From contig JYFJ02001648.1 in the NCBI GenBank assembly GCA_000934665.2, positions 1-64,000 on the forward strand: a DNA stretch of 64,000 nt, given 5' to 3'. Under the pieces are notes generated by a model. It was not told where the DNA came from and searched no databases. It was given only the letters and a program-made list of their open reading frames with translations. The position numbers and the translations under genes are program-made. Source of the DNA: Catajapyx aquilonaris. Taxonomy: Eukaryota. Positions 50,655 to 64,000 of this stretch are shown here, piece after piece. Positions within the stretch are counted from its first letter, which is position 1, and each line of letters starts with the position of its first letter.

Positions 50655-53028
50655 ATGGTCATCAGGAACAATCCGTTCAGGAGGGTGCACCACTCCGGAT
50701 GCCCTCCGAGGGAAAGTGCGGAAGTGGCTGCCGCTATTTCTCTGGTGAGTAAAGATCAAGTTGGTCACAATTCGGTGGTGATTAGCAAAAAAAGCTGCAT
50801 CTTCAACAAGAAAGTATTGCAAACTGGGCTCTGATTAACGTTAAGTACGCAAAAAAAAATCTCATTTGACTAAATGCGACTAAATGCTTTGATGTGAAAG
50901 GCTGCGTGCTTTCCCAGCACGCTACCAAGTATTAGGACACCCACTTGATTAACTCCATTCGTAATGAAGCGCCTCGTAACTATAGCCAGGTGAATTACTA
51001 ACATAGAAATTCATTCCAACATTTTGGATATGGGTTGGAACATTTTAATCGGCCTTGGTCACAAAAGTGCGCGCGGTTTTGTATACGTATAGAAATCATC
51101 ACAGATTGGTAAAGAGCCTGATTAGGTACATTTTGTGCAAATTATAAATGGGAAAATTCGATTGCAAAATAATCTACATGATGTGCCGCGATCAAAAATA
51201 AGCTTGAAAAATAGTGCTCTAATTGCCTTTAAAATTATACAAATTATTTTGTTATGCTTGGACGTTAATACAAATGAATCCGCAATAGAATTTATGCGAT
51301 TACCAGTTTCCATCATATTTACTGAAATTTAATTAATAATTCCAAATTAATTTTTGTTATTAATAACTAATTTAAAATTTGTGGATTAACTCTGCCCAAA
51401 TATGACGTATAAATTAAATTAAATTTCGTCAGATTCCAGTTATCTCTAGGCAAACGTGTAGTTGGATGGAGAGAAAAAGAACTGCAAAAAATTGAGGAGA
51501 CGATTTGCGTATGTGCACTGGCGCCACCTTAATCTGCGATGTATTTTTTTGCTTGCAGACTTTGTCCATTTTGGGTACATATGGCGCCTTCCAGCAGCTC
51601 TTGGAGTGGGGAAATAAGCAGACCCAGCATCCGGATCAGGAAATGGTGCCAGGTAATTAAAAATGAACCGAGTCATCGTTCAGAGATTATTGGAGTGAAT
51701 AATAAACAGTGTACACACACACATGTACAAATCATATCTTTGCTACTTGTGTGTAGCCACTTATCGTGCCCTTCAACTTATTCGCTACTAACTTGTTCCG
51801 GATTTATATCTCTTATCAGCATGACCCAGATAAGCTAGTTTCTTCCAGTTCAAATGAGAAGTTAATGCAGTAATGTTATTACAGGGGAATTGGAGGGAAG
51901 ATTAACTCTTCTACTCATACCCATCCTCTACTTTTTCACATGCTGCTGTCTCATACACGGAATCAAGAAGGTAAGTCACTCCACGATGACATTATAGTTT
52001 GTCAGTAATAGTTGGTTGCATTTTGGGATGTAGATGATAATGGCCAGTAATTGTTTTCTGACTTTTTGAAAATTAGTAGCAACTACATTATCACAAATCC
52101 ACATGTAAACCTACAAGTACAAGCTTCACTATTTTAACATTAAGCACAATTTGTAACAAAAAAATACCTTTCTGAAGGTACAAAAATGCATCTGTAAAGA
52201 GTCTAATATTTTATGGATGTTACTAATCAATTACATATTTGTATAAGTAGATTTAATGTGGATTATTCCATATTTTTTTAAGCACACGGCTCAAATTTAT
52301 CTCAAAATTATTTACTATATCGCCACATCCACTGACATAATCTGCCCAGCAACAGTGGCACCCATCATCCTGCCTAATGAAGCAAATTTTTAAGCCCCTC
52401 TTTAATTATACGAGCCGCCAGCTGGGATAATCACACTGATACTTTTTACATCATTATGCACGTTCATATCGGCCAACGACAGGAGGGTGAGAAGGTACTG
52501 ATTGTCCACCTCAGCAACCAGTTTAGAGAAAAGCAATTGGGCTCATGATGAAAATGGTTGCTGGCACAGACAATCCATACCGTTTATACCTAATTTGTAA
52601 TTAAATTTTAAACATCTGATTTGTTGTTGTGTTCCTAATTATTTTTATTATTAGTTGTTAATTTTTTTTGGTCATTATTAATATTGTTGTCTCTCTTTTT
52701 TGGGGGTGATCAGGAGGAGAGATGGTACCTGATCCCTTACGTGGTGGCCAACGTGATGGGAGTGGCCACCTTCTTAGGAGCGGTGGTCACCTCGAAGATC
52801 TTCCTGCATTTCCTCATGACCAACGTGACAGTGACCCTCCTACTTCTGGTCACCGTCGGAGTCATCTTCTACCTGACCCTGGTGGTCCTCTCTTACTTTT
52901 TTGAACTCCAAATCAGAGAAAACTCTCCACTCCTTCCGCAGAGGAGGCCTTTGCTGGTCATCGGCTCGGACAATTCGGTATCCAGAGTGGCCAAATCTAT
53001 CGCCGGACTATCAGAGGGCTCAGTGTGA
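50655..53028 (+). CDS. Divergent 4TM paralog R
   Basis: Exons 50655-50744 (least certain), 51559-51652, 51885-51970, 52714-53028; CLIHGIKK|EERWYLIPY...YLTLVVLSYFFEL. Confidence 0.75.
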
Positions 53029-55348
53029 TCAAAGACAAGAATAATATAATTATTCACCCACCCACCCACCCACCCAATCAACTCCGCATGATTTTTTTTT
53101 ACTGTTCATGACCGACATTTTGACCTGTTAGTTGTATTTTTAGTGCACTGCACTGTATAGACGAGCAATATTGCTGTATTGTAAGACGTGATGTTTGTTT
53201 ATAAATAAGTTGAAACACTGTAAGCAAGTGGTACAGATGCTAATTTTTCGCCTATTTCTGTCGCAAACAAGAAGATGGGTGATATACGAAGAGTTTGATC
53301 TTGAAAACGCTATTTTGAGACCAGGGATCTAATCAAAGTGCGTCACTACTCTTGTTGGGCGTATAGTGAGCGATTTTTTGCAGTATTGTTGATTAAATTT
53401 ATTTGCGAATCAGCAGTCTTATATGGAGGGAAACGATAGTAGTCTATGAGTATGTTGAATTTGCACATACAGAGAGTTTCTTGCATAAGAGTGTTTTCAG
53501 AAATGCTTATAGGCTCGTACGTGACTTATCTAACGTCAGTTAAGCAGTGCTTGACCTTTAGTTGCCATTTACATGCAGAATATATGGGAAATCCCGCCAT
53601 CGAAGTGGTCATGGTCACTAGATAACAAATACAGTATATAGTATAACTCAAATTATCACTGCGAACTTGATAGGTTTCAGGCTTTCCCATGCTTCAAGGC
53701 ATTTTCTGCAGTTAAAACTCAACCCTTTTTGTCCAGCACTTCAAATGATTGTAAAATAATTGCATCGTGAAACTGATGTCTAACCTGATGTCAACCTGGA
53801 CCTGGACATGTTCTTCAGTATGGTCTACTTTACTAGTTGGTCGAGATTTTAAAATTTACTCATTTGATTTGTGGAGCCTTGTCCCTAATATGCACATAGC
53901 ACAGGTAGGTGACATAACCTACTAATACTGTACTTTTGGTGTGTGACACTTGCTGCTTGCACATGTGCTTATGAATATATCAATGGCTCTCACTCTTTCT
54001 GCAACTGTAAACCAGCACCCACATCGTTGTGATAAAAATATTTTCTCAATTCTCAAGCAAATTATTTTTAAAGTACCTTGACAGTCAAACATGAAATCGA
54101 AAGAATATTAATAAACGCGTTACAGAGTTAGCTGAAGTGAGAACAATGAGCTAAAACAGAGCTCAAATTGATTCGACACAGTCTCCAGTTGCTGATAAAG
54201 GTTGACTGACTTGACTTGCTCTTTACGAGGAGCGAAGGTCAGCACAGCTCCTGTATGCAGTAATTTATATACTTCACTTTGAAGTTGCAAGGTTCTACTT
54301 GTAAAATCTAGACTATATAGAGTGAAGTAGGGTCGTATCCTGACCCTCCTTCCATCCCCCCTCGCTTAAATTAAAATTAGCACTGCCAGGAGGAATATAT
54401 TTTGCGCTTTTTTTTAAAAAAAACTCATAATATCTGCAAAACTATAATTTTAATAAAGCTTTATTTTAGGGCCAGTTGACTCAACCCAAATTAAGAGAAA
54501 ACCTCTAATTGCGTGGTTCGAATTTCGATGTATTTACAATACATAGGAAGAACTGAAATTCAGAACTATCACGAGACTGATTTTGAGATAATAGTTTGAA
54601 ATATTAAAACTGCGTTATCTATTGTGGAGGAAATTTTGTTTTCTTCAAAAACTTATCAACATGTATATGTGACTAATATTAATCTACTACAGTAGTACAA
54701 TGACCTGACCAGACAGTGGACCTGCCCTTTCGTGACTATATTTTCATATCTTATTTTGATATTATTCGACCAACATTTCAAATCCATATTTTAGGAAGAG
54801 AATGATCATTTGCTACTAAAAAAACCAGCCCTTATGCTACATCGTCAATTTTGATGGATTCGACTCCAACATCCTGTCTTATTGCCTGCTGGTTTAATCC
54901 TCCTTGACATAGTTGACAACTATTAGCATGAGCAGTCACACCCAGCAGAATGTGTGACCACAACCGACACCACTCACGCAATCTGCTGACCTGACCTACT
55001 GGGCAAAAACTGCATCCATGTAATGCGTGCATCTATTTTCATATCCCGCCCTGATATATCCCTGAAAAATCACACGCTCACATTCGTCCCATTCATTATC
55101 TCGCTCTGGCCTCTGCAGCATCTGGGACGCTGAAAAGAATCAGTGGCGTGCAAGAGATACACTCTATGTACACTCAATTGGAGGCTGTCCTTTTCCCCAT
55201 TGGTTCCCTGGAAGTCGGCGTCACAAGGACGAATTAAGTAGCCCCTAGAGGCAAAAGGGGAAGGGGTGGGTGGTTTGCTAGGAAATGATGCTCTTACTTG
55301 CACCATCAACATAGTTACGCCAAGAGCTACTCCAAGCAGCCGGACAGA

Positions 55349-56828
55349 ATGGCAGTCATCCTGGATAATTTCCTCGGATTTTACTCCATTAAAACCGGAG
55401 CCATATTTTCCGGATTCTTCTGGCTGGTATGTGGAACTCTATAGTGATAAATTTGTGGCGTTGCAAGTGACATACTTTTTTTATGTGTCTAACATCAGGT
55501 GTTCGGATGGTTTGCGCTCAATACCACCACCAGCATAAGTATGTGGCATGCCATCTACGCAGTCACTCCAGCACATCAAAATGGTATTTATGACTCGATT
55601 TTCTTATGTGTACAGATTGTGTAATAATTTACCCCGGAAGAAACCGTTATGTCAAGTCTGGAAGGTCGTATAGCTCGACAAAGCTCGTTGACCTACAAAA
55701 ATTGAGCGGAGGAATAAACATGGGATTGTAAATAAATGCGGCGTAATATATAGTTTGTGGTATGCAAACATGGTGCCCAGACCGATGAAGGAAGCGTCTG
55801 TTGTGTTGCGTAAAGTTCTGTAGATGTCAGCAGGCTGACCTCAGTCACATTCATAAAAAAAAAAACAACAGCACGTGCCTTGTACTCAACCACTTCCAAT
55901 GATTCCAATTGCATCTGTGTCTATCATTGATAGCCTGTCATTGTTGCTATAACTAACAATCCTGTCGATAGTTATGGGGCCAAGTCCGTGCGGAATAATT
56001 AAATTAGCGACGGATTACAAAACGGAAAACGTGTTTTAAGGCCAACTTCTGCGAATTTGAACCGGCCTTGGCGTAATACATTTTTTTCTCTCTTCTCATT
56101 ACATAATGAGGAGTGAAGGGGTGGCTTGGTTAGAAGGAAGGGTTATTGAAGCTCCATAGGAAATACATTATTCGAAGCTCTCCTGTCACACACATGCTCG
56201 TTGTTAAAATGTGTAGAAAGTGGTATGACGCATGACAGCTTTCACAAGCATCAATCACACCATAGGCAATGTTGGGTACGTAATATTAATGCGACTTTTT
56301 TTTCTTCTTCCTTACAGCTGATTTTTGGATACATTTTGTGCTGGCCCTGTACTTTGCCGGATTGAGCATCAGTTCGGTTCTAACCCTGATTGGTGTTAAG
56401 AAGGTAAAAAAAATCAGTAAAATATTTTACGCTCAAAGAGGTAGAATTTATTTTTTATTTATTTTGATGTTCACTCTTGAATTGTTAATTGTTAACGAGA
56501 CATGATGTAATTTTTTTTAGAAAATACGATAGCATGCACACAATGCTCTTATACAAATTTCATATCGTAACTGTGATTATTTCAGGACAAGCCTCGCTTT
56601 CTGATAGCATTCCTGGTCTACATGGTGCTCAACTCGTTGCTAATCCTGGTCGGCACAATAGTCGACTTTGCCATAGACAGTTTCCATCCGTTCACTCTGT
56701 GTTTAGAACTGAACGGTATGGCTCTTCACGTGTACACATTTCTGATAGTCTTCGCTCATTACTATCAGCTCCGACGATTCGGAGCATCCGACGGTGTCCA
56801 GATGGTGACAAGAACGCCAGAAGCATAA
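55349..56828 (+). CDS. 4TM paralog S (Cys-less NFLGFY subfamily)
   Basis: Exons 55349-55426, 55499-55583, 56318-56403, 56586-56828; MAVILDNFLGFYSIKTG...LIGVKK|DKPRFLIAF...IVFAHYYQL. Confidence 0.85.
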
Positions 56829-57185
56829 TAATAATACCAAAGTGTGATCAAAGACATTTTTACAAGCCAGATATTTTTTTTTCGTATATTAAAAGGATGG
56901 TAAGATCTATCGACGGTTTAATGAAGAAGCATGTGCTGCGGGAATGCTCTGGATCGAGTGCCAAAATATTGTAAGGGTAGAATTGGCTGTAGAATGATGG
57001 ACAAGGTGGTTGGCCATCTCTGGCGCCAGCAAAATAAACCATTGACGGTTTTAACCCAGTTTTCCCATTGGCTCTTTCACATTTGCGCACACTTTCCAGA
57101 TGTAACTTTGGGCTATATTTAGGACCTACTGCGGAAGGATTCGTTTTTTCTCTTCCCTTATTCCGCTTGAGATCATCGGACAAGG

Positions 57186-58119
57186 ATGGTGCTACAAAAT
57201 TTCTTGGGGTTTTACACCCTGAGAGATGGGACCATAATCAGCGCTCTTATTGTTGGGGTGAGTGTATCGATTACTTCTCAAATCAGTGTACCAAATTGGT
57301 TGAAATCAAAAGTCAAATATTCAAAATACATGCGACATCGCCAAAATAATGAGGGATCCAGTAGATACAATATGTCAAAAAAAAGTTTCTGACAAATCTT
57401 TCCTGGCACGAACATCAGCACTCAACCAAGGTGAAGGTTATGACGATAAAATTATTAAAAATATGCCCCAACAATTTTTGCATTCAACCAATCAATGCTC
57501 TCCCATTGTATATATACAAAACATAGTAACTGATATACTTGCAGATATGTAGCATGTACTACCTGCAATATTTTGTGAGCAAGTCTGTCATATACCTCAC
57601 ATCCGGAGCACCCGTTTACGCCCGTCCAGGTAAATAAACTTGTTACTTAGCCGGTCTAGATGATTTAAAAACCATGTTTTTTTTCAGGTGTGGAGACCAT
57701 ATTCCATGACAACTTTTGGGTTTCCGTCCTGTCATCTCTATACCTAGGAGCCTTGTTCGGAAGCTCACTTGCTGTGCTTTTTGGAATTAAAAAGGTTGGT
57801 TCAACAATGCTCGCAATATTGAGTTCGTGACTTGATACTTTTTTTTCTATAGGAAAGGATGAAGTACCTGGTGGCCTTTATGGTGCTTCTGATCGTCAAC
57901 GACCTTCTGGTCATCATATTCATGGTGCTCCACATCGTCCGATATGGATTCCATCTCCCGGTCTTCTTCCTGTACGCAGACGTCATCTTGGTCAACTCGT
58001 ACTTCTGCTTCGTGGCTTATTCATTCTCTTACGTCACCGGACACCCACACTCTGTCGCTGCTGTTGCTGATGTTGCTGGGCGTAGAAGTAATAAGAATGA
58101 AACTTCTCATCCGGTTTAG
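57186..58119 (+). CDS. 4TM paralog T (Cys-less NFLGFY subfamily)
   Basis: Exons 57186-57257, 57545-57629, 57688-57794, 57853-58119; MVLQNFLGFYTLRDGTII...FGIKK|ERMKYLVAF...YFCFVAYS. Confidence 0.85.
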
Positions 58120-60510
58120 CACACCGGGTGCGCAATTGCAAGAGGACAGAATCTACGTAGCGTGTATCCATTGGAGGTGTCCGTACCTATCTGGAGAATA
58201 TTTTGGCTCTTATTTTAAGCATCAAACAAAATTATTATTAGCTACTAATTCATGCTACGTGGACTTATCATTTTTGACTTTATAGCTTTTATTAAATATT
58301 TTAAGTATGCTGTGCTCATTGGTATTCAGCACCATTCAAACAAATTTAAATAATTTAAATGATGTATTACAAATAATTAAAATTCACTGTAATGAGAGCT
58401 TGAATGATTCAACCTAATATTAGCAGTTAATTCCTTAAGAGAACATGTCATACAAAGCAACTTGCGGCAACAAAATTGCCAAGTTACAAAAATGACTAGT
58501 GGTGCACTTCAACTTCAGTTCAAATACATTAAATTTTACTCCAGTAATTATTGGCTTAGTTGCTGCGATAATAATAAACATTTTGACATTGGAAAGGACA
58601 GTGCACCACTAGGTATATACACACTGATTTAAAATCAGAGTCAAAGTACTCAGTATTTGCAATAGTGTTGTTGTCACGCTTGGCTTAATCATTAACAAGG
58701 TTAATCCTTGGAGTTTTTCCGATTAGCATGCACGTGCGACCTCAATATAGCGATTGAATCTCATTTGCTCTTCATGTACTGTCGAGATTTCCTGTCGCGC
58801 AGCATATTATTCTTTAAAGTTCGACTTTAATGTTTTTAACATTGCAGAAAAAAACGCAGGCTGCATCTTATTGAAGGACGTTTCAAATTGGTTTCTTATA
58901 AAATGGGAAATCTTTTACTCAAGGTTATAACCAGCTGATGACAAACCTCTTGCGCAATTTTGTAATAGTTATATGATCATGGCCAAGAAGCAGTCTAGAT
59001 ATATTTTGAAAATGACCGTAAACGAAACATATTGGCCCTCAAACAACATGATATTGTTGCAGTGTTTGCAACAATTAATTTTGAGCTTGCGTGGAGGCCA
59101 TTGCTATATAAGGGCTCATGACCTTCTGTACTTATGACCAACGTCGCATTCCTAGAGCATTACACAATGTGGGTTACTATATGAATTTGTTAATTAGAAG
59201 AAGTTTACACTAATAAAACCTAATGCAATCATAAGTGTAGATGATGGCTATAATGTGGTCCTTGTGCGACTTGTGCGCGACAGAAACGTTTGTTTATGCG
59301 ACAAAACATTGCTTACATGCTCTGAGAAGATGTGGACATAAAATAGTGCAATGATGTCACTTTTATTTTGTACTAAAGCTGATGTGTGGCGCTTGTAAAA
59401 TAATTATTACAGATGTGATACATTTTGCATTTACTGTGCCTAATGTGCAAGTATTTTTAAATGACAAATTCAGTGCTTCGCCGTAATTTGCAATTTGTGT
59501 CAATATCAATTACGTGTGTAATTTCACTCTGAAAATCCACATTAGTTGGCTTTCTTGTCATACTTTTGTTACTTCTGAAATATATGAAAATGTAACGTTC
59601 ACATTACAGTGATAAAATAATGTCATGATAATGTGCTCCACTGTATAATTTTTGGCTTGGTATTAACTCCCAAACGAAAGTGTAAATGTTAAATTCTAGG
59701 TACCGGTATGATTAATTATCACAGAAATTCATAGGAGCTGGCTAAAAAGTATTTCATGAAAGAATTGCGGAATTATATTTGAGATGCATAAAGCGGCATA
59801 AAGATACTTTCCGTTACTCGTATCTCAAAATGGCATGAAAATATTACATTGCAAAATCACAGAATGACATAATAACGTGGTGCTGCTATTTATGATCTGT
59901 TATGGATCTGCCTTTAGAGTTTAGATTAACGTGCCCTAAAATATGAAGCAATATTTTATTACACTTTTCATTGCAATAGCCTAATTTAATTATGTAGAAG
60001 AATCGGTAGCTCTTGAACGCATCAATAAATGTATACAAACAGTATTCCTCATTTTAAAAATTTTGCTCTGTGATTCTTAGACATTCAATGACCTTCAAGG
60101 ACGTGCACGCGAAGGTGACTCGGCATTGATTAACGAATTAATTAATAATACAGCCATATCAGTAACCCCGCCAGGAATTCCCATATGTTACTTAACTGAA
60201 CAAAAACAACCAACTTACTGTATTACCTGAGAAAAATCATGACGTAGGTACCATGCAAAGGAAGGGCGTGCAGTTCTTGGAAGAAGATCGAAATGAGCAG
60301 CCAGTTCGGCATTATCAAGTCGACTCAATGCCAGGCGATGTGAACACAATGAAACGTTTAATGAACCATAATGTAAAATGGGTATAGGTTTGCATAATCT
60401 TATCTATATATGGTCCTTTATGTGCTATCAAAAATATGACATGAATTTTGTATGTATAGATATTATTTTGTGTTTACGTGCCAATCGCTAGATTTTTTTC
60501 AATGGATGTA

Positions 60511-60630
60511 TATATACGCCAAATTGTTTCATACCCCCGGGGTATGAAACAATTTGTCGTACAGCACTATACCTAGGTATACGACAAATTGTTTCATACC
60601 CCGGGGGTATGAAACAATTTGGCGTATATA
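60511..60630. repeat. 120-bp nested palindrome (probable MITE remnant)
   Basis: Two ~47-bp arms that are reverse complements of each other, each arm itself a hairpin (AAATTGTTTCATACCCC..GGGGTATGAAACAATTT); TA-rich flanks. Confidence 0.85.
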
Positions 60631-61802
60631 GTACTTGTGCAATATCAGGAAGTCTTTTGGCACAAGAGCTTTACTACGTGTAATCCAGTAATTTATAGCA
60701 TTTTCCAACTTATCATAATGTTTATCTTTCTTATAATCCTATCTGACATTATGTAAGCTTTTGGTGCGATAACAACTTTTCCATATAGCGCTTAAATTCC
60801 TAGTCTTAATTTAATTTTCATACTTCGATATTTCCCACTATCTACAAAATTCATCAAGGATATCTAAGAAAATGAGAAAAACCGCATAAAACCTTGAACA
60901 TAACCTTGTGCGTGATTATTTAAAGTTACAATAATATCCGAGGCTTCTCCAAACCCGATATATTCCAAAAGCTGTTTGAAGTGACAAGTTCTGCCTTATA
61001 ATCATGATGACACGCAAGCATGAATAACCCGGCAGTACTGATAAAATTGTACAAAAAAATAAATTGCCTCGTCGGTTTTGAGCGCATCCAACAACTCAAC
61101 CGACACAATGTGCAACCAGTCATAACTTACATCTTCCTCCACCAAGCTCATCAAACTAGTTCTTTTGAAAGTGACATCTCATTAGAAAGCAGCGTTTTGC
61201 AGGAAGCATGTCGCCTGAGCAGGAAACTTATTTGGGAACCGGCACGCAATTTTTTCTCTCAACATTATTAAAGCATAGTTTATAACCGCATTTCATCGAT
61301 TCAACACCGACTCTCTATGATGACCCAATTGCATCAAATATAAAGCGCGTAGTATACTTGTCTTTTAATTGTAAGTTATGCTTATATGAGGCACACAGTC
61401 ATATGGTACTGTACTTCTCATGGGTATTGTTTATGATGTCAGGATCCAGCTGCGAAAAAAACATTCATGATCAGCATGTATTTTTGCTTCTCTATTGCTC
61501 TACATGCTCTAGATTGCATACACCTGAGCTAGGACTCATTACAGGTACATGTATATCACCCTGATCAGCCTTGAATCCCCGATCAAATTCCCACGAGAAA
61601 GAAAATCCTCTTTGAATATTCCGCCACTTTGCTTGCATGCGCATCTGGCAAAAGCCTCTCTCTGATTGGTCGACCCGATTGTTGAGCCATCCTCATCTCC
61701 TCAACCTCTTCTCACAAATCGAGGTCACTAGCAACTTACAAGAGTCTACCCAGAGAATCCGATCCACAGGTTGTGCTGAAGAATCACTCGAAACGACCAA
61801 AC

Positions 61803-62610
61803 ATGGTTCTGAAAACGTGCCTTGGACTGTTCTCCCTTCGAGGGGGAACAATATTCGCTGGATTTATGGCTGCGGTATGTACTAATTCCATTTATTAAAA
61901 AAATGTAAGTGACATTTGGGTGTACACTCTTTGCAGCTGTCAGGCATGTACGTTTTTCAAATGTGTGTCAGCATCATTGCGGCTGTTGCTATGCACCAAG
62001 GATCCAGCTCATCAGGTATTTGTTTTTAATATATTATACCGGCATACCATGCATAATACGAGTGTGTCCTTGACGCCATATTTTTGTTGACCCTGAAAAT
62101 GGCTTGATTGCGCAGAAAATACCGCGCGATTTTTTTCAATACCTTACTATCCCTTTCACTGCTGAAGATACATTCCAATTCGTTTGCTAACCTACTAACC
62201 CCAAAAACAGGACCGTTCTGGTTTTTGCTGTCTGTGACCTTTTACGCCGCTGGACTGTTCCTCAGCTCCGTTTTGGCCCTGGTTGGAGTCCATAAGGTAC
62301 AGTCTGCTACATGTGAAGGAGAAAGCAACTTGTCTATATTGGGTGTGTCCACAATTTTGTGTTTCAGAATCGTCCAAGACGTCTGGTTCCTTTCCTGGTG
62401 TTCCTGGTGCTGAACGTGATCTTGATCGTGGCCTTCTTCATCTTCATAACAGTCCACGCCACATTCGTGTCCATCTACTTCTTCTACACAATTGACGGGG
62501 TGGTGTCCAACGTGTACTTCTTCTTCGTGGTCTACGCCTACGCTTGTCACGTTCGTCGCACAGGAGGAGACGAGGGAGTGGCAATGACCAACAATGCTCA
62601 TCGTGTTTAG
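61803..62610 (+). CDS. 4TM paralog U
   Basis: Exons 61803-61874, 61937-62015, 62211-62296, 62368-62610; MVLKTCLGLFSLRGGTIF...LVGVHK|NRPRRLVPF...YFFFVVYAY. Confidence 0.85.
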
Positions 62611-64000
62611 TAATAATCATTGTTGCCAGAACTGGCAGAATTTGAGCAATGTGCGACCGGTGTTTATGCTTCGCGGAGCATAGATGTTACCCAAGATATA
62701 GGGAAAGGAGTTGGCGACAGAAACATTAGAATGTGATCCTTGTTGAATATTTGCTGTAAACGTACAATCTTGTTGTTGAGAGGCAAACAACATAACATAA
62801 TATTGCAAAAATTATCGAGACTGTGAGATAGAATGAAGGAATTCTAATGGTGCCAACATCAAGACACATTGTAAATTTGTAATCACTTTAAAGCACAATC
62901 AGAAGAACATATATTGGGTTAGTACACTCCGGTACACTCGGACATATCGGGGTCTAAGAGTATATCATAAGTCGGGATATAATTATTATCTTATTCATTG
63001 AATTGTGTCGAGTTTTTAATATGTATTGCGACAGTTTACATGTAAAATCTGTTTAAAATAATTATAGAAGCATGTGTGTAAGATTTTGCTAATCGTATGA
63101 GGTACAGCGCAACGAAATCATTTGGTCCAAATACCGTTCCGTATTTTGTTAAAAAGTTGGAAATTAGACTTTGTTAGTACAAATACCATGCGCTGCTTGA
63201 ACCTCAGCTATGTTAACGACATCAAAGTTAACTTCATTACCATTTACCGGAGGCAGATTTTTAATAAGGCAGATAAGTTGCCACTAATGAACACCTTTCT
63301 AGCCTACAGTTGTAAGCTAAGCCCTCTAATTACTGTTAATTACTTGTGTGAGGTTCATGTGATACAAAATATATAGCCTACCGTATAAGAAGCTATTATT
63401 ATTGTCCTTTTAGGTAATTTGTACTGAATATAACTGAAATGTTGATCTTTGTACGCTAAGGCATATTGTCGCTGATGACAAGTTAACTTAGCTAATGCAT
63501 TTAAACACACAATTTAAAAAATCTGGACAAGTATGTTATTATTATAATTTCTGACGATGCTTCACCAGTCACTGTAAGTCGCCGGAAAAGGTTTCTGGCT
63601 TCCTTCTTGGCACAGGCCATAATGATAATATTATGACGTATGACGTTCATTTTTAGATTGCATGGCCCCAAGTTGAGTTCATCGCATCCTTTTGGTCTGC
63701 GCAGTGGCCCTGAGCTGGGTCACCTGCTCAATATGTAGGTCAACTTTGACAGACCACGTTGGATTAAGTTGTCAGATAGGATTGTACTTGTTCACAGGTG
63801 AATTTGTTGTCACAATGGGTCGTCCTATTGAATGTTTCATTGTCTCAAATCATACCACGCCTTAATTCTCCATTTGCATAGTATGAAATATTCCACCTTA
63901 ATGAACGGCAAAATTAGTGTCCAAAAAAAACTTCAACAATGTAGTGGTATAATATGGACAAGTTATTGTACATTCACAATGTTGCAATATTTATTAGGAG

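Noticed and set aside
58200..60500. Possible additional paralog in the long T-U spacer (also 53100-55300)
   Set aside because: No family exon motifs found by eye; a very divergent relic cannot be excluded.

Overview
Eukaryotic, probably invertebrate, genomic DNA with short GT-AG introns, SINE/LINE/MITE/Helitron insertions and microsatellites; most ORF-track entries are therefore exon fragments or artefacts. The window is almost entirely one head-to-tail tandem array of paralogous small four-transmembrane protein genes, all on the + strand. I reconstructed by hand 19 apparently intact genes (labelled C-U, roughly 140-220 aa), two orphan terminal exons (A, B) and at least five pseudogene relics. 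They share a coding structure with intron phases 0/1/0 and a usually 86-nt third exon. Shared motifs are N-terminal MPxLxxCCCCxxxRxGxxIIG, LLIHGVxK|xRPxLMxP, and YFLxVVYSHYQEL after TM4. These resemble the LAPTM4/Mtp- and DUF4728-like tetraspanning proteins; this is motif recognition, not a database search. The array shows birth-and-death evolution: hypervariable loops, independent repeat expansions in C-terminal tails, one gene missing an otherwise universal intron, a Cys-less subfamily and a duplicated non-coding leader exon. Exon coordinates were read manually and need RNA-seq confirmation.
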